DNA from: an uncultured delta proteobacterium
GTDB taxonomy: Bacteria; Desulfobacterota; Desulfobaccia; Desulfobaccales; 0-14-0-80-60-11
Direction: 5' to 3'
Assembly (NCBI GenBank): GCA_963812015.1
Contig: CAWETI010000002.1
Span: 1,376,001-1,440,000, forward strand
Length of the DNA stretch: 64,000 nt
Shown: piece by piece, positions 60,150-64,000 of the stretch
Layout: the number at the start of each line of letters is the position of its first letter
How positions within the stretch are numbered: the first letter of the stretch is position 1
Translations under genes and position numbers: made by a program
Notes under the pieces: model-generated
What the model was told of the DNA's origin: nothing
Database searches by the model: none
What the model saw: the letters and a program-made list of their open reading frames with translations, nothing else

Positions 60150-62135
60150 ATGGAACCTGGCGATATTGTCGAATTCTTCGAAGAAAAGCGCATTTTATGC
60201 GGCGTCGTAATGGACCTGAAGGGGGAGCGGCTCCATGTCCTTACTCAGACCAGCCGGGAAATGACCCTGACCCCCAAGCGGGTTCTTCACCAGGGCCCCC
60301 GCCTGCCCATCGACAGCTTGTCCCGCCAGGAGTTGCTGCGCCAACTGGAAGAGACCGCCCGGAAACGGGAGATTTTAAAAGGCAACATCAATCTGGAAGA
60401 CCTGTGGGAACTGCTGGCTTCAGAGGAGCAGGCCGTGTCGGTGGCCGAGATGGCGGACCTGTGGTTCGCCCAGAGCACTCCCGACCAGGTCGCGGCCACC
60501 AGCCGGAGCCTCAGGGAGGATCGGTTTCTCTTTAAGCAGAAAGATAACCTGGTGATTCCCAATCCTCCGGAAGTGGTCGAGCAACTGAAAGAACAGTATT
60601 TCCGGGAGTTGGAGCGCCTCCAGGAGCTGGAGGAGATTGCCGCCTGGCTTGAGAAGGTCTGGGCCGGGCAGGGGGCCGCGGCCGGGCCCTGGAAAGACCG
60701 GGTCGTGGACCTGTTGCGCCGGATGGCGGTGTGGGGAGCCGAGGCCCCCGATTACCTCCAGGGGAAGGCCTATCTGGACAAGGCCCGCCTTAACCCGGTG
60801 GAGGCCCCCTTTCGCCTGCTGGTGCGGTTGGGAGTGTTTCAGGAGGATGAAGACCTGGACCTCTACCGGCTGGAGGTTCCGCTGGAATTTTCCCCGGAGG
60901 TCCTGAACCTGGCCCGGGGGCTGGTCAAAACCTCGCCTCCTGATCTCTATGCGGCCCGGCGGCAGGACCTGACCTATTTGGAATTGATGACCATCGACGG
61001 GGAGCGCACCCGGGACTTCGACGATGCCCTGAGTCTGGAGGAAGTGCCGGAAGGCTGGCGCCTGGGGATTCACATCGCCGACGTCTCAGCGCAGGTGCAG
61101 CCTCGAACCTCCCTGGATCAGGAGGCCCAGGAACGGGGCACCTCCATCTACCTGCCGGAGCGGCGGCTGCCCATGCTGCCGGAGGAACTCTCGGAAGATA
61201 CCGTGAGCCTGCTGGTTCACCAGGAACGCCTGGCTTTAAGCTTTCTGGTGACCCTGAGTCCTGACGCCGAGGTCAAGGACTGGGTGATCGTCCCCAGCCG
61301 CATCAAGGTCCACCGGCGCCTGACTTACCATGAAGTGGACGGTCTCCTGGCCCAGGATCGACAACTCGCCACCCTGTCTCACCTCACCCAGCGTCTCAAG
61401 GAACGGCGGCTATCCCGGGGTGGCCATGAACTGCGTTTGCCGGAGGTGTGGGTCATTTTTACCCCCCAAGGCGAGATCCAGGTGGTCGTGGAAGACCAGG
61501 AGACGGCCAGCCACCAGTTGGTGGCCGAGGCCATGGTGCTGGCCAATTCCCTGGCGGCCCGATTCCTGGCGGACCAGGGGATTGCCGCCATCTACCGGGG
61601 ACAACCCGATCCCCGGGAGCCTATCCAATCGGCCCCGGACAAGACCCTCCTGGAACTCTGGCAGGACCGGCGCCGCCTGAGCCGGGTGGTAATGGACCTC
61701 TCACCATCGCCCCACTGGGGCCTGGGGCTGCCCTGCTATACCTTTGCCACGTCTCCCATCCGCCGCTACCTGGATCTGGTGACCCACCGCCAGATTTTGG
61801 CGGCAGTGAGCGACCAGCCGCCGCCCTATCAGGCGGCGGATCTGGATCGGATTTTGGCCACCATCGAGCCGGCCATGCGCCGGGCCGGCCAGTTAAAAAG
61901 CCGGCGTCTCCGCTATTGGCTCCTGAAGCACCTGGCGTCCCGGGTCGGCCAGAAGATGGAGGCCCTGGTGCTGGAGAGCCTGCCCTACCGCTACCGCATC
62001 ATCCTGCCCGATATCCTGTTGGATCTCTTTATGGCGACCCCGGGCAACGTGAAGCTGACCCCGGGAGATACCGTCCTGGTGCGCCTGGATCGCGCCCTCC
62101 CCCGGGAAGATCAGATCAAGGTTTCTTTGGCTTAA
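60150..62135 (+). CDS. RNase II/RNB-family exoribonuclease
   Basis: TIDGERTRDFDDA, IHIADV, RGTSIYLP, EAMVLAN, TSPIRRYLDL. Confidence 0.92.
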   Translation: MEPGDIVEFFEEKRILCGVVMDLKGERLHVLTQTSREMTLTPKRVLHQGPRLPIDSLSRQELLRQLEETARKREILKGNINLEDLWELLASEEQAVSVAEMADLWFAQSTPDQVAATSRSLREDRFLFKQKDNLVIPNPPEVVEQLKEQYFRELERLQELEEIAAWLEKVWAGQGAAAGPWKDRVVDLLRRMAVWGAEAPDYLQGKAYLDKARLNPVEAPFRLLVRLGVFQEDEDLDLYRLEVPLEFSPEVLNLARGLVKTSPPDLYAARRQDLTYLELMTIDGERTRDFDDALSLEEVPEGWRLGIHIADVSAQVQPRTSLDQEAQERGTSIYLPERRLPMLPEELSEDTVSLLVHQERLALSFLVTLSPDAEVKDWVIVPSRIKVHRRLTYHEVDGLLAQDRQLATLSHLTQRLKERRLSRGGHELRLPEVWVIFTPQGEIQVVVEDQETASHQLVAEAMVLANSLAARFLADQGIAAIYRGQPDPREPIQSAPDKTLLELWQDRRRLSRVVMDLSPSPHWGLGLPCYTFATSPIRRYLDLVTHRQILAAVSDQPPPYQAADLDRILATIEPAMRRAGQLKSRRLRYWLLKHLASRVGQKMEALVLESLPYRYRIILPDILLDLFMATPGNVKLTPGDTVLVRLDRALPREDQIKVSLA

Positions 62136-62278
62136 CCAGGTTGCGGTTGATGGCATGGCCCAGGGAGCCGGGCGGCGCATCGCAAGCGTAATCATTCCTC
62201 CGGTTTTAGCCAGACCTATCGTGCCCCCGGCAATCGAACGGCTGGAAAAGCCTACTCGGACTTACCTGAGCGGCTAGA

Positions 62279-63553
62279 TTATATTTTCGGAAAAGACACC
62301 CAAAATCCCATCAGGATTCCTAACAAACTTACCAGGGGTATTAAGACCCTGTAGTGAATTTGGGTAACAAAAATACCGTAAATCATCATTAATAAGATAA
62401 GCAGATAATTGCCATATTTAATAAAATAATAAATGAAAGGGGGCATCGAAATTAGTTTAAAGAATATAAATCCCGCAATCCAAGACATCAACCCGAAGGC
62501 CGCCATGATAATTCCATAAAATGATGCTACCAATAAGATATTCAGAAGCCTGTCAATATTATAATTTATGAATATATTGCGTATTCTTAAATCATAAGCA
62601 TTTGCGCTTGGCAGATAATAGCCATAATGAGGAGGCCAAAAGGCCGGTTTAAGATGGGCTAACCTGATATAGTATTTATTATTGATGAATCTACCTGCAC
62701 TTAAATCAACTTGCTCTTTTATTACTTGATCTATAGTCTTAATCTCAATATCTTTCTGGAGTGTAATCCATTTTATGAGTGCCTCAAAATCTTGAAACGT
62801 GAGTTGCATGGTTCCGTCGCTTACTTCGTAGTTGATTTCACTAAAATCGTACTCGTGGAATACGACACAAACTATCGGTTGAGAGTAGGAAATGCGTTGG
62901 GCATAACTGAGCACCTTTCTTAACTGGCCTAATTCGCAGGTATTGGGTAAGAATTTTAGGGTGGCAGATGGACTGGCATAGCCAGAAAGATTCGAAGAGA
63001 GGCAGAGGAAGTTCATTTTTTCTAAAGCCAGTAAGGTATTGGCGTCATACGTACCAAAAGGTGGAATAAACGTATCGATTGAGACACCGAGGGTCTTCTC
63101 TAAAAATAATTTTCCTTCTCTTATCTTTAAAAATTGACTGTCATAATCAAGTCCGGCAAACTCGGTGGGTTTATTCAGAAATGATCGGTTGATATTATGG
63201 TGTGAATAACCATGCAGGGCGACATTTAGTGTCCCGGCATGAATGGCATTGAGGAGCATGTCGACCTTCGGTTGACTCAACACAATGACATCTTGAGGCC
63301 TCGGGTTCTGGATCACGCCGGACGCCACATAAGGGATGACCCCAACCGTAAAAGCAATGTGATATTTTTTGAATAGATCGATTACCTTTTCATCTAAATA
63401 GGTGGCGCTTTTGCTGGAATAATCATCATATCTGAAAATTAGGGTAACAGAATTATGATTTATCGAACCATAACTTGGAATAGTCATAAAATTAAACAAT
63501 ATTTTAGAAAAAATTCCCAATCTTGATAATAAGGAAGATCTGGATATTGTCAT
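62279..63553 (-). CDS. AT-rich polysaccharide deacetylase-like (DUF2334-type) membrane protein
   Basis: FRYDD, ALHGYSH, EFAG, FIPPF, VVFH; C-terminal TM helices. Confidence 0.75.
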   Translation of the reverse strand: MTISRSSLLSRLGIFSKILFNFMTIPSYGSINHNSVTLIFRYDDYSSKSATYLDEKVIDLFKKYHIAFTVGVIPYVASGVIQNPRPQDVIVLSQPKVDMLLNAIHAGTLNVALHGYSHHNINRSFLNKPTEFAGLDYDSQFLKIREGKLFLEKTLGVSIDTFIPPFGTYDANTLLALEKMNFLCLSSNLSGYASPSATLKFLPNTCELGQLRKVLSYAQRISYSQPIVCVVFHEYDFSEINYEVSDGTMQLTFQDFEALIKWITLQKDIEIKTIDQVIKEQVDLSAGRFINNKYYIRLAHLKPAFWPPHYGYYLPSANAYDLRIRNIFINYNIDRLLNILLVASFYGIIMAAFGLMSWIAGFIFFKLISMPPFIYYFIKYGNYLLILLMMIYGIFVTQIHYRVLIPLVSLLGILMGFWVSFPKI

Positions 63554-63602
63554 TATAGGTGATTAAGTTCTCTCACAAGCTATTTTAAAATTGCCTCCTT
63601 TC

Positions 63603-63674
63603 TGTCATCCTGAACGGAGTGCAGGATCTCAACTCATTGAACCTGCGAAATCCTTCGCTTCGCTCAGAATGACA
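63603..63674. repeat. Palindromic repeat of the GTCATCCTGA..TCAGAATGAC type
   Basis: TGTCATCCTGAACGGAGTGCAGGAT..ATCCTTCGCTTCGCTCAGAATGACA; a fragment (CTCAGAATGACA) also sits near 36291. Confidence 0.75.
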
Positions 63675-64000
63675 ACTTTCCGGCAAAGCGAGGTTTTGAA
63701 ATGGCCTGTAGGCAATATGCATAAAATCCGAGAGGAACGCGCTGTATCCACCCCCAGATCAGCCACTCTGGCCATTTTTTCGGGGCGCCATCCCTGCTCT
63801 TGGAGGGGTCTTCAGTATAACTATCGGAAGAATCCCAGCATTGCGTTAAGGAAGTTTCTTTCGCCCCGGCGAAAACTTTAGCTTGCCAGGTTTTGGGGTT
63901 GAGGGGAAGGGCGGGGTGATGCCGCGCAAAGGCGCCAGGGGCGGGTCGGCCCGCCCCTTTGTCTGGCTACTGAAGAACTGGCAGATGACTATTGACTCCT

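Noticed and set aside
63591..63881. 96-aa ORF at the window end
   Set aside because: The N-terminus is a translation of the palindromic repeat (CHPERSAGS..FASLRMT); no coding evidence.

Overview
GC-rich bacterial chromosome segment, most likely from a sulfate/sulfite-reducing Desulfobacterota (Desulfobacca-like; inferred from gene content, not from a search). It is mostly housekeeping and energy metabolism: hypF; a four-gene two-component signalling cluster; cspA; an isoprenoid-related trio (HpnG-like phosphorylase, CruF/DUF422-like membrane protein, IspH-UbiA fusion); a porin; serS; aroK-aroC-tyrA; pncB; tsaD; comEA; cimA; lysC; folD; gpmA; argJ; secA; a reductive dsrABD-dsrN operon plus ferredoxin; an M16 peptidase pair; lepB; and an RNB-family nuclease. 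I saw no rRNA, tRNA, CRISPR array, transposase or integrase. Things the ORF track misses or splits: a UxxC selenocysteine thioredoxin-like gene with an in-frame UGA and a SECIS-like hairpin, a 53-aa rubredoxin, and a GDT1/UPF0016 gene that appears to start at AUU. The most unusual signal is a family of short-period tandem repeat arms (7-mer CRG-N3-T and 8-mer AAAAGGGR-like). They occur as inverted pairs that bracket an AT-rich four-helix-bundle (23S-IVS/Avd-like) gene, bracket short non-coding cargo, or bracket ordinary genes, usually hugging stop or start codons and sometimes translated into protein termini. Several other palindromic repeat families (GTAG REPs/REPIN and others) fill the intergenic spaces.
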